A stretch of DNA of 64,000 nucleotides from the human T2T-CHM13v2.0 reference genome, Homo sapiens. A model generated the notes under the pieces. The model was not told where the DNA came from. It saw only the letters and a list, made by a program, of their open reading frames with translations, and ran no database searches. Of the stretch, positions 29,391-39,570 are shown one piece after another. Position 1 is the first letter of the stretch; every line of letters starts with the position of its first letter. The position numbers and the translations under genes were made by a program. The stretch lies in contig CP086569.2 in the NCBI GenBank assembly GCA_009914755.4, positions 2,720,001 to 2,784,000 on the forward strand, written 5' to 3'.

Positions 29391-29628
29391 TCTGAACATA
29401 GTATTGATGATGATGATGAGGATGATGATATACTTCATCGATTGCTGCCTTACTGAATTTTAATATATAGGCAATTCATATGCAATATTTTATTTAATTA
29501 TAAATAGCAAACTTGAGAGCTTGACTATATTATCTATTTTCATATGCTCATAATCCCACAAATAGTAAGTAGCAGAGCCTATATTTGAGCATTGATCACG
29601 CTGACTCCAGTCTACCATTAGTATATAT

Positions 29629-30200
29629 TGCAGAAGTTTTATTTGAATAACCTGGTGAGAGGTGACAACGTGCTAGCAGCCTTCGCTTGCTCTGGGAAGC
29701 TCCTTGGCCTCAGCCTCTGCTCTGGCCACACTCAAGGAGCCCTTCAGCCCGCCACTGCGCTGTGGGGGCTCCGCTCTGGGACTGGCGAGTCCAGAGCCGG
29801 CTCCCTCTGCTTGCGGGGAGGTGTGGAGGGGGAGGCGCAGCGGGGAGCTGGGGCTGAGTGCAGCACTCGCGGGTTGGCTTGGGTTCCGGGTGGGCATGGC
29901 CTGCCGGCACCTGCTGGGCTTGATCAGGGCTGAGCTCCTTCTGGGCTGCCGGAGTGCCCACGGGTGACTGCCAGTGACAGGTGAAGCCAGCTGGGCTTCT
30001 GGGATGGGTGGGGACTTGGAAAACTTTTCCTCTAGCCAAAGGATTGTAAACGCACCAATCAGCACTCTGTGTCTAGCTGAAGGTTTGTAAACACAACAAT
30101 CAGCATTCTCTCAAATTGGACCAATCAGCTCTCTGTAAAATGGACCAATCAGCAGGATGTGGGTGGGGCCAGATAAAGGAATAAAAGCAGGCCACCTCAG
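29629..30200 (+). promoter_or_regulatory. LTR12 U3 region with a CCAAT-box array (putative cryptic promoter or enhancer)
   Basis: At least four 'ccaatcagc' motifs at 30055-30160 plus a dense CpG stretch at 29700-29990. LTR12 U3 is a recognised NF-Y-dependent promoter class; no activity is shown here. Confidence 0.35.
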
Positions 30201-30637
30201 CCAGCAACAGCAACTTTTCATGCTGTGGAAGCTTAGTTCCTTTGTTCTTCCTGCTAAATGTTGCTGCTGTTGACTCTTTGGGTCCGTGCCGCCTTTGAGA
30301 GCTGTAACACTCACCACGAAGGTCTGAAGCTTCACTCCTAAAGCCAGCGAGACTAGGAACCCACCAGGAGGGAGGAACAACTCCAGACGGGAGGAACGAA
30401 CAACTCCGGAGGCGCCACCTTTATGAACTGTAACACTCACCATGAAGGTCTGCAGCTTCACTCCTGAGGCCAGTGAGACCACACATCCACCAGTAGAAAG
30501 AAACTACGGACAAGTCTGAACATCAGAAGGAACAAACTCCGGACATACCATCTTTAAGAACTGTAACATTCGCCGTGAGGGTCTGCAGCTTCATTCTTGA
30601 AGTCCGCAAGACCAAGAACCCACCAATTCCGGACACG
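29629..30637 (+). mobile_element. Solo LTR of the HERV9 family (LTR12-type), about 1.0 kb
   Basis: Starts 'tgcagaag', GC- and CpG-rich. U3 carries tandem 'gtaaac(g/a)caccaatcagc' units with several CCAAT boxes and 'ggccagataaaggaataaaagcaggccacc'. The 3' part has the LTR12 hallmark 'gagctgtaacactcaccacgaaggtctgaagcttcactcctaaagccagcgagac...aactgtaacattcgccgtgagggtctgcagcttcattcttgaagtccgcaagaccaagaacccaccaattccggacac'. No flanking ERV internal sequence. Confidence 0.7.
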
Positions 30638-30716
30638 CTGGGATACTTTGTGACTTTGTTTACAGAGAAAAAATAATATATTTTTTCATTCCAAATCTGT
30701 ATTTAAAAATATGTAT

Positions 30717-31077
<361 letters not shown>

Positions 31078-31792
31078 GTGTCTAGCTAAAGGTTTGTAAA
31101 AATTTATATATTATAGAAGTATACATTATATATGTGTTTTATTAATATTCGTTTATAAGTTAGAGAATTATGAAATCACATGTTTCAAGGTTACTTGATA
31201 TATGTCAGATTATTAATGATAATCTGATGATCAATTTATAAAATGGAACAATTATGTTTTACATAATAGAGGTAACCTTAATAAACTACTAAAAACTTAC
31301 GATATTAGAGGAAAGTAAGTATTACTTACTAGAAGCTATAAGGTTCAATATGAAGATAAGCTTTGGCATATTTGGATTAGAGTCATTCACAACCTAAAGG
31401 GTTTTTTTACATTGACAATTTTAACACGCATATACTTTAAGCTAGGAATGACAAAAATATTAGTGAAAAGTTTTGTGTCCATTCACATTAAAACATAGTA
31501 TTTTAAAATCTTGAGTTTTTTGAAATATAAATAATATTTAGTGTATTTTATTAGTGTTATATATATTTGTAGCTCAGATTACACTCACTATACATGAAAT
31601 ATACTCTTAATCATTTAATATTATTTCTGATCATTTTTCATGATGTTGCAAATTCTTTGTATATGTGGTTGTAAGTGACTGCATAACATCTCATCTAATT
31701 GATGACTTGTATGTATGCATTTTGCCTATTTTGGGGTACAGTTTATTTTTTTCCATTTTTGATTATCATAAGCCATTTTGTGATAAAAATGT

Positions 31793-31816
31793 ATGTGTGT
31801 GTGTGTGTGTGTGTGT
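31793..31816. repeat. (GT)12 microsatellite
   Basis: 'atgtgtgtgtgtgtgtgtgtgtgtgt'. Confidence 0.9.
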
Positions 31817-32046
31817 TTATGATGTTTTCAGGCAATTTTCAAATAATAGGCTCTTAGAAGTAAAATTACTAATCCAGGAATTATTTTGTTTCAAATCTCT
31901 TTACTTGTTTAGGGAAGGATATGGCTACTTTGAAATGGAAACAAAAGATTTTAAATAAGAAACAATGAATAACATTATCCACAGAAAATCAGAGATTGAA
32001 CCGTCAACATTAACATGGCATTTATCTTTTATTTTTATTTACATTA

Positions 32047-32341
32047 TTTTTTTAGACAGGATCTTGTTCTCTTGCCCAAGCTGGAGTGCAGTGTTGTGAT
32101 CATATTTCACTGCAGACTGGACCTCCCAGGCTCAATTGATCCTCCCACCTTAGCCTGAGTAGCTGGAACCATGGGCAGGGACCAGTACACCTAGTTAATT
32201 TTTGATTATTTGTAGAGACAGAATCTCCCTATGTTGCCCACGCTGGGTCTTGAAATCCTGGCCTCAAGCAGTCCTCCTGCCTCAGACTCCCAAAGTGCTG
32301 GGATTACAGGTGTGAGCCACCGTGCCTGGCCAGTATCTTTG
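32047..32341 (-). mobile_element. Alu (AluJ-type, diverged), antisense
   Basis: 'tttttttagacaggatcttgttctcttgcccaagctggagtgcagtgttgtgatc...ctcaagcagtcctcctgcctcagactcccaaagtgctgggattacaggtgtgagccaccgtgcctggcc'. Confidence 0.85.
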
Positions 32342-32785
32342 TTGAAGTCTTCATAAAATCTTAACAGATTTTAATCTAATCTTAATCAGGTAAATATAAA
32401 TTTCTTAAAATTTTTTATTAAATTTTACCACCATCATTAACTCCCTTTATATACTTTATAGCCATGTTGAAATGTCCATAAATGACCTGTTACAGGAAAA
32501 GAATATTGGCAACATATTTTTAAAAATCAGATACACACACATGCATTAATTATACTATCATTATATTTTCATTAATTTTCTTAAGAATTGATATTCAAGT
32601 GTTAATAGTCTATTTCTCTTGTACCAGATTAATATTTTATGTCTAGTTTATATAACTATACATTTTTAGGTCTCTGAGACACTATGCACTTGACAGTCAT
32701 CATAAATAATATGAGAATAAAGGAAATAGCCCATAATGTAACTAATTACCAGTGATTTAATTTTTCTAATTAATCTGTGTATTAG

Positions 32786-33338
32786 GGTTCTCCAGAGGGC
32801 TAATAGGATATATGTATATATGAAAGGGAGTTTATTAAGGAGAATTGGCTCACAGTATCACAAAGCGAATTCCCACGATAGGCTGTCTGCAACCTGAGGA
32901 AGAAAGAAGCCAGTAGTGGCTCAGTCAGAGACCAAAAGCCTCAAAAGCAGGGCAGCCGACTGCAGTCAGTCTTCAGTCTGTGGCCGAAGGCCTGAGAGCC
33001 CCTGGCAAAACACTGGTGTGAGTCCAAAGGCCGAAGAACGTGGAGTCTGATGTTCAAGAGCAGGAGGAACAGAAGAAAGCATCCGGCACAGGAGACAGAT
33101 GAAAGCCAGAAGACTCAAGTCAGTTTATCCCACCTTCTTCCTCTAGCTTTGTTCTAGCTGCTCTGGCAGCGGATTGGATGGTGCCCACCCATGTTTTGCT
33201 TCCTTTCCCAGTCCACCTACTGCAATGTTAATCTCCTCTGGCAACACCTTTACAGACACACGCAGAAACAATACTTTACCAGCTATCTAGGCATTCTTCA
33301 ATCCAATCAAGTTGACACCTAACATTAACCATCACAAT
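32786..33338 (+). mobile_element. LTR-like interspersed repeat, about 550 bp, family not determined (copy 1)
   Basis: Begins 'ggttctccagagggctaataggatatatgtatatatgaaagggagtttattaaggagaattggctcac' and ends '...caagttgacacctaacattaaccatcaca'. A second copy of the same family lies at 56160-56797. I recognise this as a common mammalian repeat with TG...CA termini but cannot name the family confidently. Confidence 0.4.
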
Positions 33339-35149
33339 CTGCCTTATTGTTTGTGGTTTATAGCCCTGTTGCATGTACTATCATCCATATGCAGGCTTGT
33401 CCATCAATGACAGCTGTTTCTCAATGAACAATTACTAAGGGGTATACTTCAAGAAAAGTGAAGAAATATGTCACTCATTACAGTTTCTATTAAAAGCTAT
33501 CAGAGTTTCCTATCAGAACAATGTGCTATGCAGTTTGGTTTTATCAATATACTTGGCAGATACCAGATATCAATTGGACCCGATGTTTGAGAGTGCTACA
33601 AATCTTGAAGAAAATTTGAGTCTTGTCTGCATTAGTGCTTTCAAGTAGATAACTAAGGTAGTCATTTCAAAGAAGGTTGTTAGAGAGTACTAGCAAATAA
33701 CACAAGTTTTAAAATAGTTTATTAGATGGGTAAATTTAGACTAGGGCAAAAATCCACATAAAGTTTCTTTTTCTCATTTAAAATGGGAAAATAATTTCTA
33801 ATTTATGAGTTTGTGGTGAGAATTATGTAATTTAACATCAAGCACCTAGTAAACAGTAACTGTTGTCAGTATTACTAATTATTGGAGTCTTTAGTCATTA
33901 ACATCTGAAATTCTGTTTTATATAGTTCTTCTGAAATCTTTTGTTACTCCCTTTTACGTTTTCTACAATACCTTTTTTCATTAGTCATCCTAATTGTTAA
34001 AAAGCCAAAATTACATCTCTAAAGTCACATTAAATTTAGTTTATAATATTACAATGCATAAATGCATAAGGGAAGTGTTTTGCCATAGTTTTATTGGCCT
34101 TTTTACTTTCACATTATTACATTACCTTCTGAAGTTAAACATTAGAAACCCAATAAACATTCAGTGGAAAAGCTATAGGTTGAGGTGGTTTAAGGACATT
34201 CTTTATTTAGAAATGAATATCTTTGGCTAAGAATATAAAAAAAAAAATGTGATACACTCTGGCATATGTCAACTAGATGTACTAACCAAGTGAATATTTT
34301 GACCTTAAAAGTAGATGTTGAATTCTACACTTATAAAGTTGGAATGTCCTACTGCTCATTGTGCAAGTAGATAACAATGGGCAGAGATAACTTAGCCTCC
34401 TTTAACAACTTGCACCTATTTGACAAAAAGCCAGAGGAAGATGAGAATAGTGGGACAAAGAATATAATAGCTATTCTGTGTATAAAATTGACCTTTTTTG
34501 GGGGATATTATTCTTACAAATGGTGATTAAAATATTTTCTGGTAATATAGTCGTCATTATGTTAAAGATCCACTTCTAGGAAACATGTGCTTTGAAATTT
34601 TAAACTCAATCTCAAATAATATTACATAAATACATGCCTGATGGACATTGCATAGGCTGGAAAACATCGAAATACAAAACATTAGATTTATGCCTCTTGC
34701 AAAGTAAGCTCATTGACTTTTAAGTAAAGGTTTAAATAAACATTTAAAGATAATTGCAAGATGACATGAATAATCTGCAAAGAACACTTTCAATGATAGG
34801 TGATTATGTTAATTTGCTTTACTATTAGTAAGATTCAGTTTAAGCATGGCATTATTAGTTAGGTATGACTGAATTATTTAACTCAAGAAAAAATTTTTTC
34901 TCTTTTGGCAAGAGCTACGTTGCCATTTTATTACATCTCAGTTTCTGACTAACAATATATTATCCTTCAGCTCATATCATTTCATAATCATTTCTTATCG
35001 GTGTCTAGCTGATAGGCCTAGGCCATAAGCTAAGGTGGGGACTTACTCTTCATCAGTCTCTCAAATTTATTTGTCTCTGACATTATTTCTGGAGTTAATT
35101 ATTATCATATAAGAATCAACAACATAAGAAAGCGTTGTTGAATTTGCAC

Positions 35150-35400
35150 ATTTCTATCATGTATATATATCTTACATATATAATATATATAGATTACTGT
35201 AGTGTACTATATATTTATAATGCTATGTATACATAGATATCTTACTATATATGTAGATATATAGTAAACAACTGTTTCAAATGCATTATATTATACAATA
35301 TATATTATGTAAATATATACATTTTGATTATATATGTACACACATAAACACATACATATACATATGCACACACATACAATGGAAGTTACAAACTTCTGTC
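35150..35400. repeat. TA/CA-rich low-complexity region
   Basis: Degenerate (TATA)n and (CATA)n runs ('tatatatcttacatatataatatatatag...acacataaacacatacatatacatatgcacacacatac'). Confidence 0.6.
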
Positions 35401-35479
35401 CTGCAATGAAAGCATAAAATATTATTTTCAACTTCCAAACATTTTAAATTGGCACCATAAAACACTATTAAATAAATGT

Positions 35480-35761
35480 CACTTGTTGTGGCTCATGCAT
35501 GTAATTCCAGCCCTTTGGGAGACCAAGGTGGAAAGATTCCTTGAAGGTGAATAATTCAAGACCAGCCTGGGCAACATAGTGAGACTCCATCTCTACAAAA
35601 ATAAAAAATAAGAGGTGTGGTGGCATGCACCTGTAGTCCTAGCTACTCTGTAGGGTAAGAGAGGAGGATTGCTTGAGCCCAGGAGTTCATAGCTGCTGTG
35701 GGTTATGATTGTGCCACTGCACTCCAGCATGGGTGACAGTGAGATCCTGTCTCTTAAAAAA
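35480..35761 (+). mobile_element. Alu (AluJ-type), sense
   Basis: 'gtggctcatgcatgtaattccagccctttgggagaccaaggtggaaagattccttgaagg...cactgcactccagcatgggtgacagtgagatcctgtctcttaaaaaa'. Confidence 0.85.
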
Positions 35762-36170
35762 TGAAAATTTTTAAAATGTCATAAATATTTCAGTTCTAAA
35801 TATTATAGTGGCTTAAGGTAGCAAACATGAGGAAACAAAGTAAAAATAAAGAGAAATTATCAGCACAATCTTTTTTTCATCAGGGTTCCAATATGGCCAA
35901 CATTTTACAGATACGAAATCTCTAATCCAGGCTGCTATAGGTTGCACAATGAACGAAAAAGGGCAAGCAATGGTTGACATCACCAAGAAGAAAGAGATGT
36001 TAGTATTATCTGACAGAGATTCTAAAGCAGCAATAATAAAAATGCTTCAATGAGCACTTACCAAAGTGTTTCGAACAAATGACAAAATACAAAGTTCCAG
36101 CAAAGAAATAGAATTTTTAAACCTAAAAATAGAAGATATAAGAAGCAACAAATAAAAATTGTATAACAGT

Positions 36171-36575
36171 CCTATAGCTTGAATGTATCCCCCAAAGTTA
36201 ATGTTTTGAAAAGTTAGTACCCAATGAAATAGTGTCAAGAGGTGAGACCTATGAGAAGTAATTAGATCATGAGGTCTCTGCCTTCTTAAGTGTATTAATA
36301 CCATTATCAATGGAGTGGGTTCATTACCATGAGAGTGGGTTTGGTATAAAAGTGAGTTTGGTTCCCTCTTGTTCTCTCTCATCCACATGTGATGTCTCTC
36401 CATGTGATACTTCCTGCCATGTTATGCTGCAGCAAGAAGACCCTCACCAGATGCAGCCCCTCTATGTTGGACTTCCCAGCCTCCGGAAGTGTAAGCCAGA
36501 AAAACTTATATTGTTTATAAATTACCCAGTCTGTAGCATTCTGTTACACCAGCACAAAATAAACTACAACAAACT
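36171..36575 (+). mobile_element. MaLR-type solo LTR (MLT1/MST-like)
   Basis: 'gtatcccccaaagttaatgttttgaaa...ggtgagacctatgagaagtaattagatcatgag...ttggacttcccagcctccggaagtgtaagccagaaaaacttatattgtttataaattacccagtctgtagcattctgttacaccagcacaaaataaactacaacaaac' carries the MaLR hallmarks 'ggacttcccagcctccagaactgtgag...ttataaattacccagtct...gttatagcagc'. Confidence 0.55.
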
Positions 36576-37351
36576 GTAAAATATAATAAACAAAAACTAA
36601 ACAAAACTTTGAGTGTGCTCAACAGCACAATAGAGAGGCAGAGAAAAGAATTAGTGACCATAGCAATTGCCTAATTGCAGAGGTTGCAGTCCTTAGGAGT
36701 CACACATTGGCCATGGGTTGGGGTAGGGAGGCCCATGGGAAGGAGAGTTTGACTGCTCAACAGCCAGATGAGGCCTACATTTTCCTTTTGCACTGCGCTC
36801 TGCAAATTGGACCTACTGTCATGGTTCTAGCTGCCAAATAAAAATTTTGCTAATAGGTTTAATTAGGTTACACGGAAATTGGTGCACTTTGTTTAGGTGC
36901 AGTGAAAATAGTACTGATTAGGACTCAGGAGAGATCAGTTTAAGAATCAGCCCTGTAAAAGGAAATTATCAACTTATTTTTTATCTTGATTTTCTATTCT
37001 CCATTTTGATTATCTCTGCTCAAAGCCTTATTATTTCCTTCTTCTGACTTGGGTTTAGTTTTTTCTCCTTATTTAGTTTCATAAGACTTAAAGTTAGGTA
37101 GTTAATTTGAATTCTTGCTTCGTTTTCAATGTACGCACTTACATTTAAAAATTCCCTCTTAGCATTTTTTTGGCTATATCTATAAGTTTTATTATTTTGT
37201 GTTTTTATTTTCATTTTTCTCAAGACATTTTCTAATTTCTTTAGTGATTTTATCTTTCACTCATTGTTTTTTAAAGAGTGTATTGTTTAATTTGCACATA
37301 TTTGTGGATTTTTCAGTTTTCCTTTGCTTCATTTCTACTTTTATTCAATTG

Positions 37352-37396
37352 TGATGAGAAGAGCTACTTTGCATGATTTAATGTTTTTAAATTATT
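37352..37396. repeat. Left arm of a 45-bp inverted repeat
   Basis: 'gtgatgagaagagctactttgcatgatttaatgtttttaaatt' is the reverse complement, with 2 mismatches, of 37605-37650 'aatttaaaaacattaaatcatgcaaagtatctcttctcgtcatc'. Confidence 0.85.
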
Positions 37397-37604
37397 GAAC
37401 GTCTCTTAGAGACTTCAATATCCCACGTTCAATAATAGAAAAAATAAGACAGAAGTTTGATAAATGAAAAGAGAATTTGATAAACATTATAGACCAATTG
37501 GATGTAACAAACATAAGTAACACAGAAGAATGTATTTTTTTTCTGAGTGCATATAGAATGTTCTCCAAGATAGACAACATGCTTGGCCACAGAAAAAGTC
37601 TTAA

Positions 37605-37650
37605 TTAATTTAAAAACATTAAATCATGCAAAGTATCTCTTCTCGTCATC
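37605..37650. repeat. Right arm of the 45-bp inverted repeat
   Basis: See the left arm; the spacer is about 208 bp. Confidence 0.85.
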
Positions 37651-37732
37651 CCGTCAAATTCATCAGTATTCGCTTCACATATTTTCAGACTCAGACATTT
37701 GGTGCATAAATGCATATAAGTGCAATAAATAG

Positions 37733-37806
37733 TATATATATATATACACACACACTTATATATACATATATACACATATATACATATATATAGATAGATA
37801 TAGGAT
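37733..37806. repeat. (TA)n/(CA)n/(TATACA)n compound simple repeat
   Basis: 'tatatatatatacacacacacttatatatacatatatacacatatatacatatatatagatagatatag'. Confidence 0.85.
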
Positions 37807-37849
37807 TTGGTACTATCAATGGTTTTAGGCATCTATTGTGGGATGAGTC

Positions 37850-38330
37850 TTGAAACTTATGCCACGTGGATAAGGGAGGACTACTGTATCTTCTTGGTTA
37901 TTTGAACACTTTATTGTTACATAATGTCCATTTTTGTCTCTAGTAACTATTTTTGACTTGAGAATTATTTGTCTAATATTAATGTAGCCACTTCTGCTCA
38001 ATTTTTTTTACTATTTGCATGAAATATTTTCGCCATTCTTTCACTTTCTTTGCTAAATATGTTTCTTCATTTTTTTCTTTTTTTATTTATGCATAATAGA
38101 TGTACATATTTTCAGGGTATATGTGATAATTTGATACATTCATATAATGTATGAAAATCAACTATCCTTTCATTTTTACTGTATATCCTTAGATTTAAAA
38201 TGAGTCTTTGTAGTCAGTGTATAGTTAAATCATGTTTCTATTTTAAAATATTCTGCCAATCTATGTCATTTGATTGGGCAGTTTAAACTATTTACATTCA
38301 AAGTAGTTATTGAGCAGCCTCCACTGCTTT
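37850..38330 (-). mobile_element. Ancient L1 (L1M) fragments, antisense
   Basis: 'tgtcatttgattgggcagtttaaactatttacattcaaagtagttattgagc' compares with L1 antisense 'tgtcttttgattggagaatttaatccatttacattcaaggttattattgat'. Confidence 0.45.
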
Positions 38331-38833
38331 TTTTTCTTCACTCTGGGAGGCCCACATGGCTCTGCCTCAACTTTCTATTCCCTGTGACTCACAGGACCTG
38401 AGAGATCAGTAGGGAGGACAACATGGCACTCCAGAAGCTGGGAAGTGGACAAAGAAAAGGCAAGGGGATTCCAAAGCTCATATAGCTCAAAAAGTTTAGT
38501 TTACTTGGATAGTCTTATTTGAGTTTTCATCTATACAATTTTTTTTGCAAAAGTGCCAAAATGGCCAACTAGATGCAGATAGAAAGAGCTTCCCCCACTA
38601 AGAGACTAGACTATCAAAAAGACCAGCACACTCCAAGCAAATTTTCAGGAAGAAGGCATTGAGAGTGGGTAAAGGGAGGACATAGACTGAAGAGGGAGGA
38701 AGCTGGGAACCCTGCACAGGGTTGGTGAGCACCCTTATATCCAAACAAACAATTGAACTAGCTCTCCAGCAATACTTTTTAACCAAGCTGATATGTCTAA
38801 AATATAAACATATAATTCAGAATCTGGATAACA

Positions 38834-39109
38834 ATGAAGATCATGAAGATTCAGGAAAAAATTGAAACTCAAGCCAAGGAAACTAAGAAATTTAGTAAAA
38901 TGATACAAGAGCTCAAACAGAAAATAACTATTATATGCAAAAACCAAACTGATTTTCTACAGCTGAAATTTTCACTACAACAATTTCATAATACAATTGG
39001 AAGTATTTACAGCAGAATAGACCAAGCTGCAGGAAGAATCTCAGAGTTCAAAGACCAGTTCTTTGAATCTCAGTCAGACAAAAATAAAGAAGAAATACAA
39101 AAGAATTAA
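38834..39109 (+). pseudogene. L1 ORF1p coiled-coil fragment (91-aa ORF)
   Basis: '...LQQFHNTIGSIYSRIDQAAGRISEFKDQFFESQSDKNKEEIQKN' parallels L1 ORF1p '...NAITSINSRIDQAEERISELEDWLSEITQSDKNKEKRIKRNEQ'. Confidence 0.7.
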
Positions 39110-39330
39110 CAAAACCTACAAGAAATATGGAATTATATAAAGAGACCACCAAACCTATGACACATTGGTGTCTCTGAAAAACAAGGAGAGGGAACTAGAA
39201 ACTTGGAAAATATATTCAAGGGTATTGTCCACAAAAATTTCTCCAACCTCAGTAGAGAAAGCAATGTTCAAAGTAAGGAAATTCAGGGAACCCCTGTGAA
39301 ACAGTATGCAAGGCAACCATCCCCAATGCA

Positions 39331-39331
39331 G

Positions 39332-39363
<32 letters not shown>

Positions 39364-39570
39364 TATATATATATCACATATATACATATATAAGTATATA
39401 TATGGCATATATATATCACATATATACATATATAAGTATATATATGGCATATATATATCACATATATACATATATAAGTATATATATGGCATATATATAT
39501 CACATATATACATATATAAGTATATATATGCCATATATATCACATATATACATATATAAGTATATATATG
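39331..39570. repeat. Compound repeat: (TA)n(CA)n followed by five tandem copies of a 42-bp minisatellite
   Basis: The unit 'cacatatatacatatataagtatatatatggcatatatatat' starts at 39375, 39417, 39459, 39501 and 39541. The period is 42 for the first four copies and 40 for the last, which has 'gccatatatat'. It sits exactly at the L1 internal deletion junction. Confidence 0.9.

Larger units (their letters stand above)
37130..37680 (-). mobile_element. Ancient L1 (L1M) ORF2 endonuclease-region fragment with an inversion junction (twin-priming-like)
   Basis: Antisense L1 at 37130-37420 ('ctcttagcatttttttggctat...gtgtattgtttaatttgcacatatttgtggatttttcagttttcc'), then sense L1 at 37430-37680 ('...gaatgttctccaagatagacaacatgcttggccacagaaaaagtcttaattaatttaaaaacattaaatcatgcaaagtatctcttctc'). 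The two arms overlap by about 45 bp in L1 coordinates. Confidence 0.5.

Noticed and set aside
30072-30160. Whether the tandem 'ccaatcagc' motifs form an independent tandem-repeat locus
   Set aside because: They are the intrinsic U3 repeats of LTR12-family LTRs and are already covered by that feature.
29628-30482. Cluster of 87-130-aa ORFs on both strands in the only GC-rich segment, which could look like a CpG-island gene start
   Set aside because: The segment is a solo LTR12. ORFs are expected by chance in GC-rich, stop-codon-poor sequence and overlap each other on both strands. No start context and no similarity to known proteins that I can recognise.
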